Shown piece after piece: positions 1 to 8,188 of a DNA stretch of 64,000 nt. The position numbers and the translations under genes are program-made. The notes under the pieces were generated by a model. That model saw only the letters and a list, made by a program, of their open reading frames with translations, had not been told where the DNA came from and made no database searches. Source of the stretch: an archaeon (GTDB lineage: Archaea; SpSt-1190; DYHY01); NCBI GenBank assembly GCA_037442745.1, contig JBBIPP010000004.1:16027-80026 (forward strand), given 5' to 3'. Within the stretch, counting starts at the first letter, position 1, and each line of letters starts with the position of its first letter.

Positions 1-194
1 TGTCCGGAAAATCCAATGAAATGATGGCAGGTGAAGGCTGATTGGCAAATTCGCCAGTTGGCTTTGAAACACGCAGGTTCTGAGATACCTAGCCTTTGTT
101 CTAATGGAGGAAATCGGTTTTGAATGGAAAAAAGAGAATCAGGAAGATTGCCGGGAAAAGCGTTTTATAGCTGGTTTTTCGGGAAGCCCCAGAA

Positions 195-2108
195 ATGGTG
201 AAAATAACTTTTCCAGACGGGAATCAAAAGGAGTTCCCTGAAGGGATAACTGCCAAGGATGTCGCGAAATCGATTTCCGAGGACCTTATGCGCGAATCCC
301 TTGTTGCCAAGGTAAACGGTAAACTTGTCGATCTCTCCTCAAAAATTGATGCAGACTCGACATTTCAACTCTTCAAGTTCGATTCTCCAGAGGGAAAATC
401 TGTCTATTGGCACTCTTCCGCCCACATTCTTGCGGCAGCAGTAAGGCGTCTTTTCCCGAAAGCCAAGTTCGCAATAGGTCCCCCAATTGACGAGGGCTTC
501 TATTACGATTTCGATGTCGAGCGCCCATTCACCCCAGAGGACCTCGGGAAAATAGAGGCGGAAATGAAGAAACTCGTTGCCGATGATTTGCCTTTCAATA
601 GGTGGTCTGTTACGAAAGAAAAGGCACTTGAACTTGCTGCGGGAGAGATCTACAAGGAGGAAATGATTGGAGAGCTTCCTGAGGGGGAGGAAATAACTTT
701 CTATGAAATCGGGAACGCGGTTTTCATGGATCTCTGCCGGGGTCCCCACGTTCCGTCAACCGGCAAAATAAAAGCGTTCACGCTGACTCTCACTTCAGGC
801 GCATACTGGCGCGGGGATTCATCGAAGAGAATGCTCCAGCGAATCTATGGCGTCTCCTACCCCGAGAAGAAAATGCTTGACAACTATCTATGGAGAATTG
901 AGGAGGCGAAGAAGCGCGACCACAGGAAGCTAGGAAAAGAGCTCGAATTATTCACCTTCTCGGAATTCGCTCCCGGAATGAGCTTTTGGCTCCCAAATGG
1001 GACGATTCTCAGAAACTGCCTACTTGACTACTGGCGGGAGGAGCACAGAAAGCTCGGATACAATGAAATAATAACTCCAATAGTTTTGAACAAGGACCTC
1101 TGGGTCGCTTCCGGCCACTGGGAGAATTACCGGGAGAATATGTACACACTGAAAATAGACGATATTGAGCAGGCAATCAAGCCAATGAATTGCCCCGGGG
1201 GAATTATTGTCTACCGGGAAAGGAGCCATTCCTACAAGGAGTTCCCAATGAAAATGGGGGAAATCGGCCTTGTCCACAGGCACGAGATCTCGGGCGCTCT
1301 CTCGGGCCTATTCCGCGTCCGCTACTTCAACCAGGACGATGCCCACATTTTCATGAGAATTGACCAGCTGAAAGACCAGATAAAGGAAGTGATGTCCCTG
1401 GCAGACCGCGTTTACAAAAAGTTCGGATTCGACTATTCGGTCGTTGTCTCGACACGGCCAGAAAAGTCGATGGGCGCCGAAGAGCTCTGGGAGAAATCAA
1501 CAACTGCCCTGAAGGAAGCCCTCGATGAAATGAAAATTCCCTACAAAATAAACGAGGGTGACGGAGCCTTCTACGGGCCGAAAATCGACATCCGACTAAA
1601 GGATTCGTTGGGCCGGGAATGGCAGTGCGGGACAATCCAAGTTGACATGAACCTGCCAGAAAGGTTCAATTTGACTTATGTTGATGAGGACGGCTCGAAC
1701 ACAAAGAGGCCTGTTATGATTCACAGGGTAGTGTACGGATCCCTTGAGCGGTTCATTGGCGTGCTTACCGAGCATTTTGCGGGAGCGTTCCCTGTATGGC
1801 TCTCCCCAGAGCAGGCGAGAATTCTTCCAATTGCGGACAGGCACGCTCCTTTGGCTGAGGAAATATCCCGGAAGCTAGAGGCCCTGAAAATACGCACTTC
1901 CGTTGACAAGGACCAGTCGACTTTGGAATACAAAATCAGGGAGGCCCAGATTCAGAAAATCCCCTATATGCTTGTGATTGGCGACAAGGAGGCGGAGAGC
2001 GGGAAAATAACTGTTCGTACTAGGGACGGAAAAGTGAGAAACTCAGTTTCCCTTGAGGATTTTGAGAAAGAGGTCTTAGAAAAGGTGGCTTCAAGAAGCA
2101 TTTCCTAG
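195..2108 (+). CDS. thrS: Threonyl-tRNA synthetase, bacterial-type architecture (TGS, N2 editing domain, class II core, anticodon-binding domain)
   Basis: 637-aa ORF. TGS-like N-terminus MVKITFPDGNQKEF. Editing-site motifs HSSAH and DLCRGPH. Class II core segments FRVRYFNQDDAHIF and AFYGPKIDI. Ends on TAG. Confidence 0.95.
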   Translation: MVKITFPDGNQKEFPEGITAKDVAKSISEDLMRESLVAKVNGKLVDLSSKIDADSTFQLFKFDSPEGKSVYWHSSAHILAAAVRRLFPKAKFAIGPPIDEGFYYDFDVERPFTPEDLGKIEAEMKKLVADDLPFNRWSVTKEKALELAAGEIYKEEMIGELPEGEEITFYEIGNAVFMDLCRGPHVPSTGKIKAFTLTLTSGAYWRGDSSKRMLQRIYGVSYPEKKMLDNYLWRIEEAKKRDHRKLGKELELFTFSEFAPGMSFWLPNGTILRNCLLDYWREEHRKLGYNEIITPIVLNKDLWVASGHWENYRENMYTLKIDDIEQAIKPMNCPGGIIVYRERSHSYKEFPMKMGEIGLVHRHEISGALSGLFRVRYFNQDDAHIFMRIDQLKDQIKEVMSLADRVYKKFGFDYSVVVSTRPEKSMGAEELWEKSTTALKEALDEMKIPYKINEGDGAFYGPKIDIRLKDSLGREWQCGTIQVDMNLPERFNLTYVDEDGSNTKRPVMIHRVVYGSLERFIGVLTEHFAGAFPVWLSPEQARILPIADRHAPLAEEISRKLEALKIRTSVDKDQSTLEYKIREAQIQKIPYMLVIGDKEAESGKITVRTRDGKVRNSVSLEDFEKEVLEKVASRSIS

Positions 2109-2484
2109 TTTTCTTCCAACAAGGCAGAGTCCGGCCGAAAGGAATAGGGGCAGGCTGGCGATGGAGAAGCTTGCAATATTTTTACAAGCTCCGAAGAAGA
2201 CTGCGATGAGAATCCACGGGAGAAAGAAGCTTGTTCCTTCATCGAGGGATTTTTCCGGGACAGAGCAAGGGCTCCGAGTATCAGAATTGATTGAACTGAA
2301 TTGATGAGGAATATCAAATGGCTTTGGGAATCAAGCGCGAACACTTAAAGAAGGCCAGCATGGAAAATTGTTATTGCCTTCCTAGGAAATGAAGAGCGTT
2401 TTCCTCTCAATTACCAATAAACATCAACCTAGTCAACCACTGAGTTTCTAGACTCTTGACTTTCGGGAAATTGCCTTCCGAAAG

Positions 2485-3462
2485 CTACCAATATACTTCC
2501 ACCTCGTCAGCTCTTTGGTAGGGAAGAATTCCTGCAGCGTCCGGGGAAATCGTTCTCTTTCTCATAATGGCTCCGGTCACTGCAATCATTGCCCCGTTGT
2601 CCCCGGCATATTCCATTGGAACAATCCTGAATTTTGCGCCCCTCTCTTTGCACATTATTTCAAGCATTTCGGCGAGCCTTCTGTTGGCCGCGACTCCCCC
2701 AGTTATCAGGACCTCACCTTTTCCGGTGTGAGCAACCGCCCTCTCAGTTACCTCAACTAGCATTGCAAAGCAGTGCTCTTGGAATGAAAAGCAAATGTCC
2801 TCAAGCGAATATTTTCTCGATTTGGCGAGCCTTTTGCAGTTTGTCAAAAGGCCAGAGTAGGAGAGATCCATTCCCTTCACAACATAGGGAAGTTCTATCA
2901 ATTTCCTGCCATTTTTGGCAAGGCGCTCGATTTCAGGCCCTCCTGGAAAAGGAAGATTTTGGTCCCTTGCGAAAACATCCAAAGCGTTCCCTATCGGAAT
3001 GTCCAAAGTCTCCCCGAAAACCCTGTATTTCCTTTCAGCGAGAGCAATAATTTGGGTGTTTCCGCCCGAAACATAGAGAACGACCGGGTCCTTTGATTTC
3101 GTCGCCCATTTCCCTACCTCAATATGGGCTACCGGATGGTTGACTGGAATTATCGGCTTTCCAAGTCCTATTGAAAGCGCCCTTGTTATTGAAAGACCGA
3201 CTCTCAGTGCAGGGGCAAGTCCCGGGCCCCTTGAATATGCAACATAGTCGATTTCCTTTGGAGAAACCTTCGAGAAAACCCTTCCCAAAATGTCCCCGCA
3301 TTTTTGGGAATGATGGTCAGCAACATCCTTTGGAATCATTCCTGAACCCAAGGGAGGTATGAAGCCGTCCTTTTCATTCGAAAGAATTGAATTTTTCTCA
3401 GAGTCAAAGACAGCAATCCCTAGGGTGTGCGCAGTGCTTTCAACCCCGAGGATTTTCGCCAT
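2485..3462 (-). CDS. kae1: tRNA N6-adenosine threonylcarbamoyltransferase Kae1 (stand-alone, no Bud32 fusion)
   Basis: 325-aa ORF. N-terminus ILGVESTAHTLGIAV, metal-site VNHPVAHIE, ASKHA-fold C-terminal GGVAANRRL. Ends on TAG. Confidence 0.9.
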   Translation of the reverse strand: MAKILGVESTAHTLGIAVFDSEKNSILSNEKDGFIPPLGSGMIPKDVADHHSQKCGDILGRVFSKVSPKEIDYVAYSRGPGLAPALRVGLSITRALSIGLGKPIIPVNHPVAHIEVGKWATKSKDPVVLYVSGGNTQIIALAERKYRVFGETLDIPIGNALDVFARDQNLPFPGGPEIERLAKNGRKLIELPYVVKGMDLSYSGLLTNCKRLAKSRKYSLEDICFSFQEHCFAMLVEVTERAVAHTGKGEVLITGGVAANRRLAEMLEIMCKERGAKFRIVPMEYAGDNGAMIAVTGAIMRKRTISPDAAGILPYQRADEVEVYW

Positions 3463-3498
3463 TTCCGGGAATACTTTTTGCAGGTTTTTAACAATTGT

Positions 3499-4248
3499 TC
3501 AGACTGAATGCGCTTTTTCAATTGCCCTTGCCAATTCCTGCTCGGGAATTCTCCCTGTCAATTCCTCCAAAAGACTGCTTTCAAGCCCAATTGAGGAAAT
3601 CTTCTCCTTTGCCTCTCTCTTGGAAATCCCTTTGACTCTGACTAGCGCCTCCCGGAGGGAGTTTTTCAGAGCCTTGTCTTTCTGGAAAAAGAGCTCCCTT
3701 GCAAGTTTATCCTTTTCTGAGGGAGCATCAGTTTTCCTAAAAGATAGAATCACTGTTCGTGTGTCCGGATGAGGGGAAAAAGCGCTTGCTGGAACCTCTT
3801 CCGTCTCTATTTCGGAATAGAATGCCTTGAAGAACACCCCTTCTTCAATTGTTTTCTTTGCGAAAGTCAGGGGGACAATTATGGAGCCTCCGGAAATCCC
3901 GAGCCCAATTGCAATGGAAAAGATCGCCGGAAGGTAATCAAAGGGCGGGTTTGAAACAATTTTGTCGAACCTTTTCTCCGTTCTCCTAAGACTTTCCAGG
4001 GCATTTCCAAACAACATTTCCAAATTTTCCGGCTTGTCCATTTCAAGGACTCTCCTGAAACGCCCGTCAATTTCAAAGGCAGTCACAACTTTGGCCTTAT
4101 CGCAGAGCCGCCTTGTTATTGTCCCGTTGCCTGCTCCGATTTCAAGAACAGACTCTTCTTTGTTTATTCCCGCTTTCCTTACTAGAAGCCTTGCTACCTC
4201 GCCATCAATTATCAGATGCTGGCCGAAAAGACCGGCCTTTTTGTCCAT
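3499..4248 (-). CDS. rsmA: 16S/18S rRNA (adenine-N6,N6)-dimethyltransferase (KsgA/Dim1 family)
   Basis: 249-aa ORF. GQHLIIDGEVA start, SAM motif VLEIGAGNGTIT, catalytic SNPPF. Confidence 0.85.
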   Translation of the reverse strand: MDKKAGLFGQHLIIDGEVARLLVRKAGINKEESVLEIGAGNGTITRRLCDKAKVVTAFEIDGRFRRVLEMDKPENLEMLFGNALESLRRTEKRFDKIVSNPPFDYLPAIFSIAIGLGISGGSIIVPLTFAKKTIEEGVFFKAFYSEIETEEVPASAFSPHPDTRTVILSFRKTDAPSEKDKLARELFFQKDKALKNSLREALVRVKGISKREAKEKISSIGLESSLLEELTGRIPEQELARAIEKAHSV

Positions 4249-4253
4249 TTAGG

Positions 4254-4466
4254 CTACTTGCTTTCGTTCTTCGCCTTGTCGGCAAAAACTGTATAATGGC
4301 ATCTTCCGCAGTATTCCCTGTCCTTGTGTTTTGCCATGAATGTCGCAGGACCGCACCTAGGACAGCTCTTGAGAGTCCGCTCGGCAGAGTCTCCAAAGAC
4401 TTTATAGAACTTGTATTTTGGAACATATTTGTGGGGCTTTTTCGCCTTTTTTCCGTCTCCAGCCAT
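4254..4466 (-). CDS. rps27ae: Ribosomal protein eS31 (S27ae), zinc-ribbon type
   Basis: 70-aa basic ORF with CPRCG...CGRC zinc ribbon and FMAKHKDR motif. Only 5 nt from the rsmA start. Confidence 0.85.
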   Translation of the reverse strand: MAGDGKKAKKPHKYVPKYKFYKVFGDSAERTLKSCPRCGPATFMAKHKDREYCGRCHYTVFADKAKNESK

Positions 4467-4628
4467 TGTGCCAAAACACCTTTTTGACCGTTTATAAAGG
4501 TTTTTTCCACCTATTGGGGCGAAAACAAGCCCGCCTTCGAAGGACGAAAAGTGCTGGACTGAAATGCAAGCTTAAGGACGGAAAGCCAATAAAAGGAGAG
4601 GTCCGGAATTTCAAGACTGCCAGAAAAG

Positions 4629-5181
4629 AAAGTAATCGATTTTGCGACTTCGAACCCGGGCAAAATACTCTCCCTAAACAATTTCGCAAAAGAGCTCGCC
4701 CTTCCCCTGGAAATAATGGTCCTAAGCCAGCCACCCCGAAGTCAAAAGGGACAACACTCTTCGGACAATTGCCCTTGACAAGGCAGTCTGGCTATCAGAG
4801 AAATTCAACAAGCCTGTTTTCTCAACTGATGTCGGGATTTTCATCCGCGCCTTGAATGGCTTTCCCGGGGTGAATACGGCTTTCTCAATTGACCGGATTG
4901 GAGTTGCGGGAATTTCTAGGCTAATTGAAGGAAATAGTGACCGGAAAGTTTCTTGGGAATGCGCCCTTGCCTACAAGGAGCCGGGAAAAAAGCCCCTTTC
5001 ATTTTCAGCTAGCCTCAGAGGAGAAATTCCTGAAAAGCCCCGCGGAAAAAAGGGGTTCGGATGGGACCCGATTTTTGTCCCGAGAGGATTTAATGAGACT
5101 TTTGGCGAGCGTCCGGACTTGCGCGACTCGCTCTCTCCGCTCAGAGCCTGCCTGAAAAAACTTGCAAGGGAGATTTGCTGA
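4629..5181 (+). pseudogene. Non-canonical purine NTP pyrophosphatase (Ham1/RdgB/ITPase), interrupted by a frameshift; 5' boundary approximate
   Basis: N-terminal homology (KVIDFATSNPGKILSLNNFAKELALPLEIMVLSQP) is in one frame. The rest (PEVKRDNTLRTIALDKAVW...LNGFPGVNTAF...GFGWDPIFVP) is in the next frame. The frames switch around the C-run at 4734-4737. No ATG/GTG/TTG start lies upstream of the N-terminal piece. Confidence 0.7.
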
Positions 5182-5184
5182 GAA

Positions 5185-5769
5185 ATGGCATATGACGACA
5201 CTGAAGTAGAAATACAGCTCGTGGTAGGGAGGAAAGTTTTCCTATCAGTAAAGAGACTCCTAGAAAAAGAGGGAAAATTCCTCTCAGAAACTCGGCAGGC
5301 GGACACGTACTACAACCACGCTTCCCGGGACTTTCTCTCACCGAAATACCCTTTCGAATGGCTCTCGATAAGGAGGCGGGAAGGGAATGCAATTGTCAAC
5401 TACAAGCATTGGTATCAGGAGAATTCCACGAGAAACACCCATTGCGCAGAGTTCGAGACAAAGATAGAGGACCCGGCGAAGCTTGAGAAAATATTGGCTT
5501 CCCTGGGAATGGAGAAGCTGGTCACAGTCAAAAATACCCGGAGGAATTACTCTTTCCGAGAATTCACAGTCTCCCTTGATTCGGTCTTGGGCCTCTGGAC
5601 CTTCATTGAAATCGAGGCCGAGAAAAGTTTCAGCTCTCCAGAGAAGACGCTCAGGAAGGTGTTGGAGATTGCGAGAGAAATTGGGATAGCCGAATATTCG
5701 GAGAGCCTTCGCGGATATCCCTATCTTCTGATGGAAAGCAAGGGGCTGTTCCCAAAAAAGAGGAAATGA
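5185..5769 (+). CDS. CYTH-domain protein (CyaB-like / triphosphate tunnel metalloenzyme)
   Basis: 194-aa ORF. N-terminal acidic EVEIQL strand motif and later FIEIEAE strand, typical of the CYTH tunnel fold. Confidence 0.65.
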   Translation: MAYDDTEVEIQLVVGRKVFLSVKRLLEKEGKFLSETRQADTYYNHASRDFLSPKYPFEWLSIRRREGNAIVNYKHWYQENSTRNTHCAEFETKIEDPAKLEKILASLGMEKLVTVKNTRRNYSFREFTVSLDSVLGLWTFIEIEAEKSFSSPEKTLRKVLEIAREIGIAEYSESLRGYPYLLMESKGLFPKKRK

Positions 5770-5772
5770 TCA

Positions 5773-6162
5773 ATGGAGCACGTTGCAATAATGAAGAAAT
5801 CCCTCGGGCTCCTCCCGAAAATCCTCTCCGGGGAAAAGACAATTGAATCGAGATGGTACTCTAAGAGAAGGGCTCCTTTCGGGAAAATCTCTCCAGGGGA
5901 AAAAATCTATTTCAAAAACTCGGGGGAGCCGGTCTCGGCCGTGGCGGAGGTCGAGCGAGTCCTCGAGTTCGAGGGACTGGATTCGGAAAAGCGCCTAGCC
6001 CTCGCCAAGAAATATTTCAGGGAAATAGATTCCTCTTCAGAGCAAGCCCTCTTCGAATTTACGGAGGGAAAAACAATCGCAATATTGATTTTCCTAAAAA
6101 ACGCCCTTCCTTGCAAGCCCTTTGAAGTCGACAAGCAGGGTTTCGGGAACATGTGCGCCTAG
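5773..6162 (+). CDS. ASCH-domain protein
   Basis: 129-aa ORF with ILSGEKTIESRW near the N-terminus (the G-x-K-T-x-E-x-R signature of ASCH/PUA-like domains). Starts 4 nt after the CYTH gene. Confidence 0.6.
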   Translation: MEHVAIMKKSLGLLPKILSGEKTIESRWYSKRRAPFGKISPGEKIYFKNSGEPVSAVAEVERVLEFEGLDSEKRLALAKKYFREIDSSSEQALFEFTEGKTIAILIFLKNALPCKPFEVDKQGFGNMCA

Positions 6163-6225
6163 ATAACCGCCGAAAAACTCCCCCGGAAAAGGATTTAACC
6201 ATAAAAGATCTTCGGCCCTTTCGGA

Positions 6226-6546
6226 ATGGAAATATCCGAAATCCAAAAATTCGCGAAATTGCAGAACACCCATTTCAGGGAAAAATGGCCAGAGCTCTCC
6301 GACAACCGGAAGCTAGCCCTTGCCCAAGGGGTGAAGCTCTCTGAGGAAGTGGGTGAGCTCTCCGAGCAGATTCTGAAGGAGCAGGGTTTCCAGAGAAAGG
6401 AGAAGACGGCCGGGTCCGTCGGGGAGGAAGTTGCGGATGTCATTTTCGCGGCAGCGCTCATTGCCGAGGATTTCGGCGTTGATCTTGAGAATGCCCTTCG
6501 GGAAAAGCTAAAGAAGCTCTATTCCCGGATTGAATCTGACAAATAA
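6226..6546 (+). CDS. MazG-like nucleotide pyrophosphohydrolase (single-domain)
   Basis: 106-aa all-helical ORF with the metal-binding pattern LSEEVGELSE ... EEVADVIF. Confidence 0.7.
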   Translation: MEISEIQKFAKLQNTHFREKWPELSDNRKLALAQGVKLSEEVGELSEQILKEQGFQRKEKTAGSVGEEVADVIFAAALIAEDFGVDLENALREKLKKLYSRIESDK

Positions 6547-6547
6547 T

Positions 6548-6862
6548 TCACCTGACGCGCCTTTCCATGTTTTCGGCAAGCTCTCTCCCTATCGGGGCTG
6601 GAACCTTCGCCCTTTTCTGGGAATCCCTCAACAGTATTAAAGGCTTGATATCTAGAATTGGTTTTCCCTGAAGGGCGTCAAGGCCGGATACCCTCAGAGT
6701 GTTGCCATCAATTTCCAAAAGTTTCGCTGTCGAGATCCCCAATTTGGTCGGAAGGGGCCTGTTGAAGGATAAGACGACTATTATGTGGGAGAATCCGGAA
6801 AGCCCCCAGAGACCTGCCCAGTATTTTTTCCCGACAATTATTTCGACCGAGCAAGTCTCCAC
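6548..6862 (-). CDS. TsaA/TrmO-like (YaeB, UPF0066) domain protein, short, N-terminally unclear
   Basis: FSHIIVVLSF ... LRVSGLDALQGKPILDIKP resembles the TrmO beta-barrel core. The frame stays open upstream (IGVIGKVSKSTESFNQ) as far as a TGA at 6941-6943, with no canonical start, and overlaps the GH57 3' end. Confidence 0.5.
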   Translation of the reverse strand: METCSVEIIVGKKYWAGLWGLSGFSHIIVVLSFNRPLPTKLGISTAKLLEIDGNTLRVSGLDALQGKPILDIKPLILLRDSQKRAKVPAPIGRELAENMERRVR

Positions 6863-6927
6863 TTGATTGAAGCTTTCCGTGCTTTTGGAGACTTTCCCTA
6901 TAACCCCAATCTTCCCAAGAACAATCC

Positions 6928-8163
6928 CTACCTGCCATCTTCAATCTCCGCCGAAAGCCTTGCCTTGAAATCGGCGAGAATCGCGATGAAGCTCGCATAT
7001 GCTTCGTATGGGTTCTTGATGTGAGCAAAATACGAATGGACGTCTCCGTCCCCGAGCCATTTCGTGCACATGTAGTAATAATGGTCGCTCGTCTGGAGAA
7101 GCTTCCAAACGCGCCTGTGCTCTGGCTTGCTGGTCTTTTTGACAAGCTCGCCAATTCCTTTGATCTCCTCGAACGCAATCTGTTGCATCCTGTTGCCTAG
7201 CCAGGCTGAAGTGTCCCTCTCAAGATCCGCCCAAGAGATTGTCGAGTATTCAAAGACGTCTATTTCCCCAACTGGTTTGAACTTTTCGACAAGCTCAGTC
7301 GGTTTGGAAAACGATAGCTGGGGATAGTCAAGGATTTTTTCCGGAAGCTTTTCAACGAAGGAGAATATCCCGGTGTCCTTCCACTGGTGCTCTCCGAATG
7401 TCTCGAAATCAATGCAGATGTTCGCAAAATCCCCGGTTGTCTCAGAGAGCCAGGCAGAATATTTCTCGGCTGTCAGGGGCCACTCGTTCCACCACCTAGC
7501 GGAGAACCTGTATCCAATGTCGTCTGAGAGGCGGTAGTTCCTCAGAAGCGCCATTATTCCGGGGGAGCCTTTGACCGAATAGAGGTGGTTCGGGCTCTTC
7601 CAGCCGTGGAGAATCCAGTCAATCCCTTCAGTGTAAATACCCTTGTATCCGAGGCCTGCGACAGTCTTTGCAATTGCGTTGTTGAAAATGAATTCCGTGT
7701 TCCTGAAAATTTTCGGGCTCTGCCCGAACAATTCCCCAATCCTGTCCCTATGCTCAATTATCTGGTCGACGAATTCTTCCCTATTGTCCCCAAAGAGGCT
7801 TGAGAGCGAGTGGTAATATGTTTCGTCAATGAATTCGACCGCGCCGGTGTCCGAGAGATGCCGAAAGTTTTCCAAGACTTCAGGGGCATATTCCTCTGCC
7901 TGCTCAATGAAAGTTCCTGTGAGGGAGAAAGCCATCTTGAACCTTCCCTTGAGCCGGTCGGCCTCCTTCAGGAGAATGAATGTTGCCGGGAGATAGCACT
8001 TTTCAGCAACCTTCCTGAAAATCTTCCTGTTCGTTTCCGAGTCAAAGTAGACCGATTCCAGTCTGTCTGGAGCTATCCTACCTGAAGGCAGGAGCTTTCC
8101 CGGGGAGAGGAAAACAGTTCTTCTTGGCTGGTGGACTTCGAACTCTAGGGAAATTGAGACCAT
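6928..8163 (-). CDS. Glycoside hydrolase family 57 protein (alpha-amylase/alpha-glucan-acting)
   Basis: 411-aa ORF. N-terminal LEFEVHQPRR (GH57 region I HQP) and DFETFGEH acid/base region. Confidence 0.8.
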   Translation of the reverse strand: MVSISLEFEVHQPRRTVFLSPGKLLPSGRIAPDRLESVYFDSETNRKIFRKVAEKCYLPATFILLKEADRLKGRFKMAFSLTGTFIEQAEEYAPEVLENFRHLSDTGAVEFIDETYYHSLSSLFGDNREEFVDQIIEHRDRIGELFGQSPKIFRNTEFIFNNAIAKTVAGLGYKGIYTEGIDWILHGWKSPNHLYSVKGSPGIMALLRNYRLSDDIGYRFSARWWNEWPLTAEKYSAWLSETTGDFANICIDFETFGEHQWKDTGIFSFVEKLPEKILDYPQLSFSKPTELVEKFKPVGEIDVFEYSTISWADLERDTSAWLGNRMQQIAFEEIKGIGELVKKTSKPEHRRVWKLLQTSDHYYYMCTKWLGDGDVHSYFAHIKNPYEAYASFIAILADFKARLSAEIEDGR

Positions 8164-8188
8164 TGGGAAAGACAGGCCGGTTTCAGCT

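Noticed and set aside
2105-2344. 79-aa minus-strand ORF between thrS and kae1
   Set aside because: It has one hydrophobic stretch but an S/P-rich remainder. It overlaps the thrS stop and has no promoter or SD-like context. Insufficient support.
4418-4855. 145-aa plus-strand ORF upstream of the Ham1 C-terminal piece
   Set aside because: It is a third frame running across the S27ae 5' region and the Ham1 N-terminal homology, with basic low-complexity composition. The Ham1 homology lies in the other two frames.
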